DNA of 64,000 nucleotides, taken from positions 1,302,001-1,366,000 of the forward strand of contig JASVEC010000002.1 of the NCBI GenBank assembly GCA_030770535.1, written 5' to 3'. The notes below the pieces were generated by a model that had not been told where the DNA came from, made no database searches, and saw only the letters and a list, made by a program, of their open reading frames with translations. Shown one piece after another: positions 47,570 through 59,498 of the stretch. This DNA is from Batkoa obscura. Taxonomy: Eukaryota. Every line of letters begins with the position of its first letter. Within the stretch, counting starts at the first letter, position 1. Made by a program: the position numbers and the translations under genes.

Positions 47570-50500
47570 ATGAGTAGAAATCAACAAGGTTATCCTGCTC
47601 ATAATTCTAATTCGGATGATCCATACTTACAACATAGTAACAGTGACTCTATCAACCAGGGGTTATCTAGTCCATATTCAAATGAAGAGTATGAAGGGTA
47701 TTCAGATTATGAACAAGAACAAGGGCGTCATTCTCCCTATCATTCCTCTAATTCTTCCGGTGAAAACTCACCACAATTCGCTCCCCCTCCACCAGCTCTT
47801 GATCCACGTATGATTGGAGGCAATCAAAGTAGAGAGTCTTACTATTCAGACTCAATTGCTCCATCTCAAGGTAGAGCTTCAGTTCTTTCAGATGGCAATA
47901 ATGGAGGATTTAATGGGGTTGATATTTATAGTTCTTTGGGAAACCCAAAATTATCAGACTCTAGATATGCTGCCTATGCACCATCAACTGAGTCTTTGTT
48001 AGCTTTAGTTGAAAGCAAACGTAATAACTTTGCTTCTCAATCTGTTTCTTCATTCTCAAGAGCAAGCTCTTGGGTTTCTGAAGCTAATGGGAATACCGAT
48101 TACTTTGATCTTCCTCCACATCGTTCTTTAGCTAAAGATTATCCTTGGCCTGCATGGAGTGTTGAAAATCAAGTACCAATTAGTAAAGAGGAAATATGGG
48201 ATATCTTTGAAGATCTCTCCAATCGCTTTGGTTTTCAGAAATCTAGTGTAAAAAATCAATATGATGCTTTTCTTACCATGTTAGATTCTAGAGCTTCACG
48301 TATGACCCCATCTTTGGCTCTTCTCACTTTACATGCCGATTATATTGGTGGTAAAAATGCAAACTTCCGTAAGTGGTATTTTGCTACAGAATTTAATAAA
48401 GATACCCCACTTAGCAATATGAAAGAAGGGTATGATAATGAAGCTGATAACATTATGATGAATGACTCATTAGAAGAATGGTGGCGTAATAAGATGAGTA
48501 AACTCAGTTCAGTAGAGCGTGTTCGTCAAATTGGTTTATACCTTTGTATTTGGGGTGAAGCATTAAATGTCCGTTATTTACCAGAGGTTATATGCTTTAT
48601 TTATAAAGTTGCTTATGACTACTATTTAACAACTGAGCATAACCCTACACATTTCCCTGAGGGAACATATTTAGATACTGTCATCACACCTCTATATGAA
48701 TTTACTAGAGATCAAACCTATGAAGTTGTTAATGGTCAGTTCCTCAAAAGAGAAAAGGATCATGCACAAGTCGTTGGTTATGATGACATTAATGAAACTT
48801 TTTGGTCACGCGAGGGTATAGAAAGATTGGTCTTATCGGATAAAAAGACCCAGTTAATTTCATTAGCCCCTGGAGATCGCTATTTAAAATTAACAGAAGT
48901 AAACTGGAAACAATCTATTAAAAAAACTTACTTTGAACGTCGTACATGGCTCCATATTATTACTAACTTTTCACGTGTTTGGGTCTTCCATTTTTCTGTC
49001 TTCTTCATGTTTTGGATAATGAATTCTCAATTTATTTTTACTACATATGAACAGTATAAAGAGTCTAGTAAAAAATCAACTCTACCACCGGGTAGCTTTG
49101 GTGATGATTTTAGTCCTCATGTGTTATCTCTTGCTGGATGTGGCGGTGCAATAGCTGCCGGTATTGCTATGTGGGCAACTTTTTGTGAATTTTTTTTTGT
49201 TGAAAGGTCGATGAGAATTTACAAGATACTGATTCGTCGATATTTGCTGTTATTTATCATATTTCTTGTGAATCTTGCTCCTGCCGTTTACCTTTTCTAT
49301 GTCGAAATAGAAACCGATAGTAAAGCAAAACCCAAAGTTGGTAGTACAGTAAAATCATCATCTCAGCTTAATGTAAAACCATCAATGTTTAGTATAACCC
49401 CATCCGAGTTAAAGAAGACCACTGTAGGCTATATTGTAGCAGGTGTACATCTTTTTATTGGTATTGTAACTATAGTTGTTCTTACAATAATTCCACCGGC
49501 AAATCTCTTTAATCGTATCCCAGCACTTACTTTAAAAACAAGCTCCAAGCCAAATATAATCAATCGCGCATTTACAGCTGACTATGCTCCTCTTGCATAC
49601 AATAATCGTGCAACATCTATTGCTATGTGGGCTTTGATTTTCTTAGCTAAACTTATTGAAAGTTACTTTTCTTTACTTTTATCCTTCAAAGACGCATTCC
49701 GTACCCTTGTTTACTTAAGAATGGAGGAATGTAATGAAGCTTTACTTGGTAGTAGTATTGGTCGTCAGGATTTATGTACATTGTTTGTATATATTACTAT
49801 GATGTTTATGCTGCTTTTATTATTGATTATGTTTTTCTTGGATACTTATTTATGGTACGTTATTGTAACTTCCTTGTTTAGTGTTGCAAACGCTTTCCAA
49901 ATGGGTATATCGGTTCTTTCTCCTTGGAAAAATATTTTTGGAATGATGCCAAAACGTATATATACTAAAGTTTTAGCAACATCAAACATGGAAATAAAAC
50001 TTCGTCCTAAGATGCTTTGTTCCCAAGTATGGAATGCCGTAGTAATTTCGATGTATCGTGATCACCTCGTTTCAATCGATCATGTACAAAAACTTTTGTA
50101 CCAACAAGTTGCAAGTGACATTGAAGGAAAAAAGAAACTTAAACCTCCTACGTTCTTTGTTGCACAAGAGGATGTTGGATTAAATGCAGAGTTTTACCCA
50201 CCTGGATCTGAAGCTGAACGTCGTGTTTCATTTTTTGCTTCAAGTTTATCAACTGTCATTCCAGAGCCATTACCAGTGGAAAACATGCCAACTTTCACAG
50301 TATTCACTCCACATTACTCTGAAAAAATCCTTTTATCTCTCCGTGAAATTATCCGTGAAGATGATCAATTTACTCGTGTTACATTATTAGAATATCTTAA
50401 ATCACTCTATTCTGTTGAATGGGATAATTTTGTTAAAGATTCAAAAGTTCTTGCAGAAGAAAATGCAATTATGTCTGATGAACCACCAACTTTCCAAGAA

Positions 50501-53392
50501 GATGAAAAGAGCGATGGTAAAGTTAAAACTGAGGACTTGCCATTTTATTGTATTGGTTTCAAGTCTGCTGCGCCTGAGTTTACTTTACGTACACGTATTT
50601 GGGCATCTCTTCGTACTCAAACCTTATATCGTACAATTTCTGGCTTTATGAACTATTCAAAAGCACTTAAGTTATTACATCGTATTGAAAATCCTGAATT
50701 AGTTCATATTCTTGGTGGAAACTCGGATGCGCTTGAAACTGAACTTAATTTAATGGCACGCAGAAAGTTTAACTTCCTTATATCTATGCAACGTTTTACA
50801 AAATTTAACAAAGAAGAAAAAGAAAATGTTGAATTTTTAATGAAAACATATCCTGACCTACAAATTGCATATTTAGATGAAGTTCCTTCAGACAAAGAGG
50901 GTGAATCGCCTAAAATATACAGTTGTTTAATTGATGGACATTGCGAGCTTAATGAAGAAGGTAAAAGAATCCCAAGATATCGAGTAAGAATTCCTGGTAA
51001 CCCTATTCTTGGTGATGGTAAATCAGACAATCAAAATCATTCAGTCATTTTCACCCGTGGTGAATACTTGCAGGTCATTGATGCTAATCAAGATAACTAC
51101 CTTGAAGAAGCTCTTAAGATCCGTAGTGTTTTAGCTGAATTTGAAGAATACCATCCCCCTCCACATTCGCCTTATTCTCCTCCATCACATCTTGATGAGG
51201 ATTTAAAGCCTGTTGCAATTTTGGGTGCACGTGAATATATTTTCTCTGAGAATATTGGTATTCTTGGTGATATTGCTGCTGGTAAAGAAGCAACTTTTGG
51301 TACTTTAACTCATCGTATTTTGTCAACTGTTGGTGGTCGTTTACATTATGGACATCCTGATTTCCTTAATATGATCTTTATGAATACAAGAGGTGGCCTT
51401 TCTAAAGCACAAAAAGGTCTTCATTTGAATGAAGATATTTATGCTGGTATGAACGCTTTCCAAAGAGGTGGAAGGGTTAAACATTGTGAGTATGTACAGT
51501 GTGGTAAAGGTCGTGATCTTGGTTTCTGTTCAGTACTTAATTTTACTACTAAGATTGGTACTGGTATGGGTGAACAACTTCTATCAAGAGAATACTATTA
51601 TTTATATACCCAGCTACCACTTGATAGAATGCTTACTTTATTCTATGCTCATCCTGGGTTTCAAATTAATAATATTATGATTATGTTCTCAATCCAGGTT
51701 TTCATGTTTGTTTTAGCATGTTATGGTGTGATAGCTTCTACTCAAAATATTTGTGCAGTTAGTTCAACTGAGATTCCAAGTACAGAGAAAGATTGTTTGA
51801 ATGTAGCAGGTATTGGTGGTTGGATCAATCGTACTATCCTTTCTGTTTTTTTAGTCTTATTTATTACATTTTTACCATTAATGATGCAAGTTTTATCTGA
51901 ACAAGGATTTATAAGGATGATTACCCGTTTATTGAAACAAATAGGCTCTTTCGCACCTCTCTTTGAGATCTTCACAACTCAAATATACTCAAATGCTCTT
52001 CTCAGTAACATGAGTTTTGGTGGTGCTCGTTATATTGGTACAGGTCGTGGTTTTGCAACCACTCGTCAACCATTTGCTACCCTTTATTCCCGTTTTGCTT
52101 CATCAAGTCTCTATACTGGTATGCGTTGCTTTTTACTCTTGTTTTTTGCTTGTTTGGCTGAAAATACATGGCAGTCATCTTACCTTTATTTCTGGTTTAC
52201 AGTTTGTGGTATGGTTTTGAGCCCATGGATTTTCAATCCACATCAATTTTCATTAGCCGAATTCATTTTGGATTATCGTGCATTTATGCGTTGGATGTCA
52301 AAAGGCAACTCTCAAACAGCTAAAGATTCGTGGATTTCTCATTGTCGTTATGCACGTACCAGAATTACCGGTCAAAAGCGTAAGAAACTTGGTGATAAAG
52401 AGCGTAAGATAGGTGGTCATGTTCCTAGAGCTAATCGACTTGTTATTTTTGCTAGTGAAGTTTTAATTCCTCTGTTGTCTGCCATTATTGTAGTGTTGAT
52501 TTACAATACTATGTCTTCATATGACCCTGCAGTAATATGGTCAACTTATGCAAGTGCCAAAGGTTCATATTATGCGAAGGACTCTAAGAATGTAAATCCA
52601 TATGATAAACTCAAGTTCCCACCTAATGCTCGCTCAAGTGGTATAATGAAAGCTGGAGTAATCGCTTTAGCTCCTATTGCCTTAAATGCTGGTATACTAG
52701 TTGTTTTATTCCCAATCTCCTTACTCTTAGGGCCAATCGCAACAGCTTGTTTCAAGAAGTTTGGTGGAGTAATCGCAGCCATTGCTCATGCTTGGTCCGT
52801 TCTTAATTTAATTATCTGTGCTCTTCTTCTTTATGTATTAGAGAACTTTAGTTTAGCTAGAACTTTACTTGGTCTTACAGCTGCAATGTTTATTCAACGA
52901 TTTATTTTCGGATTTTTAATGTTCCTTTTCTTGACAAGAGAATTCGGGCATGATGGTGCTAACTGTGCTTGGTGGACCGGTAAATGGGCATCGGCTGGGT
53001 TAGGATGGATGGCAATTACCCAGCCATTACGTGAATTTGTATGTAAGATTATTGAAATGTCCCTCTTTGCCACTGATTTTATCATTGCTCACATCATCTT
53101 GATTTCACTTGCTCCATTCTGCTTGGTCCCATTAGCAGACAAATGGCATTCAATGATTCTTTTCTGGTTGAGCCCATCACGTCAAATCCGACCACCAATC
53201 TTTTCAATTAGACAAAAAGCTATTCGCCGTCGTAGATGTATTTTGTACGGAATCTTGTTCATCATTATTGGAGTCTTCCTCCTAGGAATTACTATTGCGC
53301 CTACTGCTTTACAAACAAAAATCATTGGAATAGTTAGCCGCGAGACTATTGTGGGTAAAGTTTCATTTTTAAGTGATACTTTGAAGCTTTAA
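47570..53392 (+). CDS. FKS1: 1,3-beta-glucan synthase catalytic subunit (GT48), intronless
   Basis: 1940 aa with LHADYIGG.NANFRKWYF, EAERRVSFFA, PTFTVFTPHYSEKI, NPILGDGKSDNQNH, RLHYGHPDF, KGLHLNEDIYAG, QCGKGRDLGF and many TM helices. Confidence 0.98.
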   Translation: MSRNQQGYPAHNSNSDDPYLQHSNSDSINQGLSSPYSNEEYEGYSDYEQEQGRHSPYHSSNSSGENSPQFAPPPPALDPRMIGGNQSRESYYSDSIAPSQGRASVLSDGNNGGFNGVDIYSSLGNPKLSDSRYAAYAPSTESLLALVESKRNNFASQSVSSFSRASSWVSEANGNTDYFDLPPHRSLAKDYPWPAWSVENQVPISKEEIWDIFEDLSNRFGFQKSSVKNQYDAFLTMLDSRASRMTPSLALLTLHADYIGGKNANFRKWYFATEFNKDTPLSNMKEGYDNEADNIMMNDSLEEWWRNKMSKLSSVERVRQIGLYLCIWGEALNVRYLPEVICFIYKVAYDYYLTTEHNPTHFPEGTYLDTVITPLYEFTRDQTYEVVNGQFLKREKDHAQVVGYDDINETFWSREGIERLVLSDKKTQLISLAPGDRYLKLTEVNWKQSIKKTYFERRTWLHIITNFSRVWVFHFSVFFMFWIMNSQFIFTTYEQYKESSKKSTLPPGSFGDDFSPHVLSLAGCGGAIAAGIAMWATFCEFFFVERSMRIYKILIRRYLLLFIIFLVNLAPAVYLFYVEIETDSKAKPKVGSTVKSSSQLNVKPSMFSITPSELKKTTVGYIVAGVHLFIGIVTIVVLTIIPPANLFNRIPALTLKTSSKPNIINRAFTADYAPLAYNNRATSIAMWALIFLAKLIESYFSLLLSFKDAFRTLVYLRMEECNEALLGSSIGRQDLCTLFVYITMMFMLLLLLIMFFLDTYLWYVIVTSLFSVANAFQMGISVLSPWKNIFGMMPKRIYTKVLATSNMEIKLRPKMLCSQVWNAVVISMYRDHLVSIDHVQKLLYQQVASDIEGKKKLKPPTFFVAQEDVGLNAEFYPPGSEAERRVSFFASSLSTVIPEPLPVENMPTFTVFTPHYSEKILLSLREIIREDDQFTRVTLLEYLKSLYSVEWDNFVKDSKVLAEENAIMSDEPPTFQEDEKSDGKVKTEDLPFYCIGFKSAAPEFTLRTRIWASLRTQTLYRTISGFMNYSKALKLLHRIENPELVHILGGNSDALETELNLMARRKFNFLISMQRFTKFNKEEKENVEFLMKTYPDLQIAYLDEVPSDKEGESPKIYSCLIDGHCELNEEGKRIPRYRVRIPGNPILGDGKSDNQNHSVIFTRGEYLQVIDANQDNYLEEALKIRSVLAEFEEYHPPPHSPYSPPSHLDEDLKPVAILGAREYIFSENIGILGDIAAGKEATFGTLTHRILSTVGGRLHYGHPDFLNMIFMNTRGGLSKAQKGLHLNEDIYAGMNAFQRGGRVKHCEYVQCGKGRDLGFCSVLNFTTKIGTGMGEQLLSREYYYLYTQLPLDRMLTLFYAHPGFQINNIMIMFSIQVFMFVLACYGVIASTQNICAVSSTEIPSTEKDCLNVAGIGGWINRTILSVFLVLFITFLPLMMQVLSEQGFIRMITRLLKQIGSFAPLFEIFTTQIYSNALLSNMSFGGARYIGTGRGFATTRQPFATLYSRFASSSLYTGMRCFLLLFFACLAENTWQSSYLYFWFTVCGMVLSPWIFNPHQFSLAEFILDYRAFMRWMSKGNSQTAKDSWISHCRYARTRITGQKRKKLGDKERKIGGHVPRANRLVIFASEVLIPLLSAIIVVLIYNTMSSYDPAVIWSTYASAKGSYYAKDSKNVNPYDKLKFPPNARSSGIMKAGVIALAPIALNAGILVVLFPISLLLGPIATACFKKFGGVIAAIAHAWSVLNLIICALLLYVLENFSLARTLLGLTAAMFIQRFIFGFLMFLFLTREFGHDGANCAWWTGKWASAGLGWMAITQPLREFVCKIIEMSLFATDFIIAHIILISLAPFCLVPLADKWHSMILFWLSPSRQIRPPIFSIRQKAIRRRRCILYGILFIIIGVFLLGITIAPTALQTKIIGIVSRETIVGKVSFLSDTLKL

Positions 53393-54132
53393 TTTTAAAT
53401 TGTTCCAACTATTCTATATTAAATTAATAAATAAAAATAATAACATAGTTTTTTGTATACAAAACTTAGTACATTAGAAACTTGATAATTTCCACAATAT
53501 TTTAAGCTTACTATAAAATACAATGTAGTATAATTTATTTATTACCATTTATTAAACTTTTTTTAAAGTATGCATAAACTGTGATCTACTATCAATAAAA
53601 CTAAAGGTATGTTGAATACATACTATCAGTAAAAAATTGTTAGGCAAGGCAACTTGCAACATCCTAAGGTTGAGCAACTTAGGCTACTGTAAGACTAAAC
53701 TATTTTAGCCTTTTTATATAATTAACAGAAAAAAGAGGGAGCAGGATATTAATAAAAGCCGAAATTTTAATGATGACCAAAGAGGCAATAGGTTTATGTA
53801 GAAACAAACGGTAGTTGGCTACTAGCTTCGAGATAAAGTTGAAGCCGAATATTAATCTACTTAAAGATTTTACAGAGTCGCTATAGAAACATGGTTGTTA
53901 GTAGGCCAAAATAATTTATTACAATATTAGCCTAAAAATTAATGTTTTGGCGTCTTATAAATCACATTTTAGTAAAAATTATTTTAATCTGGTTAAAAAA
54001 ATAAAAATTAAATTTTGGGCATAAAAATAAGACAAGTCTACTAAATTCTTGAGTATAAACAAACTACTAACAAAATCGAGTTTTAATCTAATATTTTGTC
54101 TTTTGAATTTACTTTCTAAAAAAAAACTCTCA

Positions 54133-55997
54133 ATGACCGAAAACAGCATTAAAAGGGAGCGCGAAGAGCTCGGTTTAACACGTTTTGAGCAAGAATTTGA
54201 AGATTTAGAAACTAAAAAGAAGGAGTTTAAAACCTCAAAGCTAGGTTTACCAAATTGGCTTGCCAATCCAACAATTATTGACAACGATGAAGCCCAGGAC
54301 ATAACCGAGTTAACAGATGTATTAAATCAAAAATTGATAGAGGGATGTAATGGTATAAATATAACGTCCTTGTTTGCTGGTATAATTTAATCTAATAATA
54401 AAACCGAAAAAATAATCTAATGATCATATAGTTCAAAAAGCAGTGCTACCCATCTTAATTAATAGCAATTACTTATCAACCCGTTACTTTCCTGGAGATT
54501 TATGCGTCTCTGCGCCCACAGGTTCGGGTAAAACATTAGCTTATGTATTACCAATTATTCAAAATTTAATGCCACGTGTTGTGGTGAGATTGAGAGCTTT
54601 AGTTTTGCTACCTACCTATGATCTTGTGGCTCAAGTTCGAGAAACTTTTGCCTATTTCTGTAAGGGAACAGATCTGAAGGTAAATTTTCAAATTGACAAT
54701 TATATGAAGTTTTTTTTAATTAAGGTGGGTTTAGGTAGCTGGTATTTATAAAATGAACTCTTTTCAGGCAGAACAGGGATTATTGGTTAATGAATTGAAT
54801 GAAGAGTAAGTTAATGTATCACAGTTTTTATTCAAGGTAATAATGTTTTTATATAAAAGTCTATTAGGAGGATCTAGCAAAGTAGATATATTGATCACTA
54901 CCCCTGGTAGGTTGATGGATCACATATCAAAAACTAAAAATTTTAGTCTACAACATTTGAGATATTTGGTAATTGATGAAGCGGATCGTTTGTTGAATCA
55001 AACATTTTATGATTGGCTAAATAAAGTTCTAGACGCTGTAGACAATAAACCAAGTTTAAATAGCAAATTAAATGTTAATTTAAACAGTATGGACGTATCT
55101 TCATTAAGACATGACGCTGTCAATCAAGAAATAACTGTTAGTGAAGAGGAAGAATATCAACTTTCAAGTCGAAGAGAACAGCTACAAAAGTTGTTATTTA
55201 GTGCTACTTTGACAAGAAATCCAGGAAAGATTAGTAACTTAAAATTAAAAGAACCAAAATATATTGTAATTCAACCTAATGGTAAGGAAACTATCCGATA
55301 CAATACTCCCAAGTCATTGGTGGAAAAATATGTGGCATGTTCACCCAGTTACAAACCTATTTTGTTATTATATTTATTAAATCAAGCCCAATTAAACTCA
55401 GTGTTGGTCTTTACAAAGTCAATTAATGTGTGTGATATGTTACTTAATTTTATTAATGAATATGTACAAAGTATAACAAATGAAAAAGAGAAAGAATATC
55501 TTTTGAAATTGAACGTTAAAAGTTATCACTCTGAATTAAGTAGAAAACAAAAGTTGGATGTTTTAAAAGGATTTAAAAAAAATGAGATTAATGTGCTTAT
55601 CTGTTCCGATTTATTGGCTCGTGGTTTAGATGTAGATAACGTAGAGGGAGTCATTAATTACGATGCCCCACAATTTATCAAACAGTATATTCATCGTGTG
55701 GGAAGAACAGCTAGAGCAAATCAAGATGGTTTATCAATTACAATGTTGGAACTTCATGAGGTATTTTTATATGAAATGATTTTTCATTACAGTGTCTTAT
55801 ATACAATTTAAATTAGGTGACTTCTTTCCGTAATATGCAAGCTAAAGCATCTAGACTAGAATTTCTAAAACAAATGCATGTTGCTGAAAAAGAATTTAAA
55901 CCTTGGAAGTTGAATTATCAGGTAAGAATCATATTAATTATTATAATCAAAGGATCTAATTTCATTCTAGGAAACATTAAAAAAAAATAGAATTTAA
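54133..55997 (+). CDS. DBP6: DEAD-box RNA helicase Dbp6/DDX51, multi-exon
   Basis: LPNWLANP, DLCVSAPTGSGKTLAY, TPGRLMDH, LVIDEADRLL, QKLLFSATLT, SDLLARGLD and YIHRVGRTARA. Confidence 0.9.
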
Positions 55998-56090
55998 TAA
56001 AGAATAAACTTGGTTATTTATAAAAAAGAATATAGATTAAAATAAATAAATAAAAAATCATTATTATTGTAGTTCTATTTTATTTTTGGT

Positions 56091-58922
56091 TTATTGTTTT
56101 ACTTTAAGCTGTACTAGTTGTTCAATTAACAAATTTAGTTTACTCATCATAGGCTTAATATCATCACTTAAACCTGCTACTACTCTTGCATTATTAATAA
56201 TCTATAAAAATAAGTTATAGAAGGATGAAATTAAGATAAATAATATTTTACTTGTTCTGAAATAGCTTCGGCTAATGTAGGGTCTGATTTAATTAATTCA
56301 GCCAATCCAATAACAATTGAATGTTGTTTTGACATTTGAATAGTGATTGGTACTAAAGGCATTTCTTGTCCTGGAGCTAAACTTTGCTTTAATACTTCTC
56401 TCATATAAGCTAATAACTAATGTAAGTAAAATATTCTAATGTATTGTTTTAAGAGGAAGCTTACGATCTTTATCATATTGATGTCCAACAGCTAAGGCTG
56501 GATAACTAGTGCTTGTTTTTGCAACCTTAAAGAATAAATTAAATAAATACAAATAATCTCAATGGCTCATTTACCTCAATTTTGGATACAGCTAATTTAG
56601 CACCTAATTTCTCAATAATAAAAGTTCTTAATTCGTTAAAATCTTCTTGTTTAAGTCCTTCATCTTGTGCTGGAGTCGTATCAAATTTAGCTATCTCTTC
56701 ATTCCCTACAGTGGATTCAATATCAACCAATGGGATACCTTCATATTCTCTTGTTACATCAGCTAATACTTTGTCTACTTGATCATTTAAGAATAACACC
56801 TAAAATTAAACACTCGTTTAATAAACCGTTATTACTATCATTAATAATAACTTACTTCAATATCATTCTTTTTATAAGGTTCATAGTAGGGGTTTGATAA
56901 AGCTTCAGATTTATTACTGCAGCTATAATAAATGGATTTTTGATCTGGTTTCATTCTTTGTTTATAATCGGAGAATTGGATTAAATCGTCGGCGTGGGAT
57001 GAGTAAAATCTCAATAAAGGAATTACATCGCTCTAAAGAGAAAATGTTATTAAATTGATAGACAATAAATAAAAATACAAAGTTACTCTATACTGACTAA
57101 ATTCTTCTAAGATAACAGCTTCTTTAAAATAGCGATTAAAGCTCAAATAAAATTGATTAAATTTAGCCCCATCTCTTTTAGCTTCGTCTTTCAACCATTT
57201 AATAATTTTGGTGGATAATATACTCTTTAATTTATTAATTAAGGCACCTTTCTGTAACATTTCTCTACTCAAATTTAATGGTATATCCTCTGAGTCGACC
57301 ACACCTATAATTTACATAGCTTTAAATATTTTTATATAAAAATGATATAATCATGACTTACCTTGAACAAATCTCAACCAGTGAGGTAATAATAGATGAG
57401 TTTTATTACTAATCATAACATTTCTAGAATATAAAGTAACACCAGCCTCATTCATTTCATTATTAAATAAATTATTGTTCTTTTCTGGTATATAAAATAC
57501 ACTCTTAATACTTATTGGAGCATCTGTTTTATATGCTAAAGAATAATAAGGTTTATCCATTTTCTATACTATCATTAGTTATATTATATTGTAATATGCT
57601 AAATTGTTTTACTTTAGTAATTGATTGATAAAAGGCATCGTGCTCTTCTTGGGTAATTTGATGTGCATTCTATTATAATTAATGTATAGCTTATATATAT
57701 ATGCTACTAGCTTACCTTATTCCAAATAGGCTCCACATCATTAATGACATCCCCTTCTAATTTTATAGGAAAACTGACAAAGTTACTATACTTTTTAATA
57801 ATAGCTAGTAATTGTTACTAAAAATCAAATTAAACAATATAAATTATACTTACATTTTACTTTTTCCTTATCTAGAAATTCTTTCTCTTTTAAATGTAAA
57901 ATTATTTTAGTTCCAACTGGTAAGTCAGCCACTTCAGATATTTGGTAAGAGTTTAATCTATAGAAATATTATTAATTTATATATTATTATAACTATCTCC
58001 TTACCCATCTGATGACCAGCAGTATCCAATTGAGCCCTTCAAAGCTGAACGTGTAAATACTTCGATTTTATTACTGACCATAAAGCCTGAATAAAATCCG
58101 ACACCAAACTGACCAATGATTTTATGGTCTTTATCTCCTCCAGCTTCGTTTTTTAAGTCTTGAATAAATTTTTTAGAGCCGGAACTTGCAATAGTGCCTA
58201 AATTCTATAATTTTCATTAATTGTTATACCACTGCTATTGTTTAATATGCTTTACTTTATGTAATTCTTCAAGTGTTAATCCAATTCCTCTATCCTAGTA
58301 GTTGAATTTCAATTATATCTTATTTTATCAATTCCTTAAAATATTTACTTGAATGGTAAAAGTATTATTAGCTGAATCTAAACTAATTTCAATTTCAGGT
58401 TGAACTTGAGAGTCATCTAATTCTAAACTTTCCTTGTTAACTAATTCGTTATGCTTTAATTTTTCACTTGCGTCTGCTGCATTTGAAATAAGCTCTCTAA
58501 AGACATAATGAATATTTCTATTAATTATTTACTGATTTCTGATTTACCTTATAAAAACCTAAATAATAGTAATAAAGATAAATTGTTTTCTAACATTTTA
58601 ATAATTATTATAATTACCTCTTTATCAGAATATAAAGAGTTAGCAACAATATCTAATAATTTACTGGTCTCTGTTTTAAACTCATGCTTTTCTATATTAT
58701 TTCTAGTTTCTGTAAGCTAATTAAATTGGTTTAATTTCCATTTTTACATTCATTATTATTTACTTTAACACTTGATAGACTAAAGTTTCTTTGGGCACTA
58801 TGGGATAATAGACTAGTAAGCTACATTAGATTAGCGATTAACAATGGCTGAAGTATTGTATTATTAGTATCTATTACTCTTAATCTATTTCTTAAGGTCA
58901 ATCTTGCTGTGTTACGTAGCAT
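56091..58922 (-). CDS. TRAP1: Mitochondrial Hsp90 (TRAP1/Hsp75), many short introns
   Basis: Arg-rich presequence [72 protein letters not shown] and [17 protein letters not shown]; no MEEVD/HDEL tail. Confidence 0.9.
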
Positions 58923-59498
58923 TTTAAATCTTTTCTTTGATTTTCCATTTTTTTTTGATTTTTTATCATTATCTAGAAATTATTATGGGAGCTTGTTTCA
59001 AAGTTTATATGGTGCTGATAGATTTTTTAATGATTTACTCTAAGACTGATATGTTATTAAAAGTAAAACTATATGAAGATCAAAATTATAAACCAAAATT
59101 GTATGAAAATAAATAATGTAATTCTGATCGTCTGTTTAAAGTAGCAATCTATTTATTCCAACAATGCCTAAAAGACAAATTCTTTGCACCAAAAGATCCT
59201 GGTTGAAAAATTCGAAATTTTTTTACTTTCCAACGACTACTACTAATTAGTACAAATTAGTTCAAATTTAAATGAATCGGTATTTGTTCAAAAAAAAAAT
59301 TCGAATTCCTCGGAAGTTCGCAATTTTAAATGGAAGCAAAAAAATTCAAAGGAAATTTCAATAAAGAATGAAAAGATACTAAAAAGATAAGGAAGAATAG
59401 AAGGAAAGTTGAATCAAATGAACAAGATTCAGTTTGAGTATATAAATGTAACAGAAATAAATTAAAAAGTCAAAAAATTATAACACAAAAAATCTACA

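Noticed and set aside
47616..53085. Alternative-frame and antisense ORFs inside FKS
   Set aside because: Codon-bias shadows of a long conserved CDS.
53760..53860. Possible C/D snoRNA (ATGATGA) in a slightly GC-richer patch upstream of DBP6
   Set aside because: No properly placed CTGA D box or terminal stem, and no recognisable rRNA guide.
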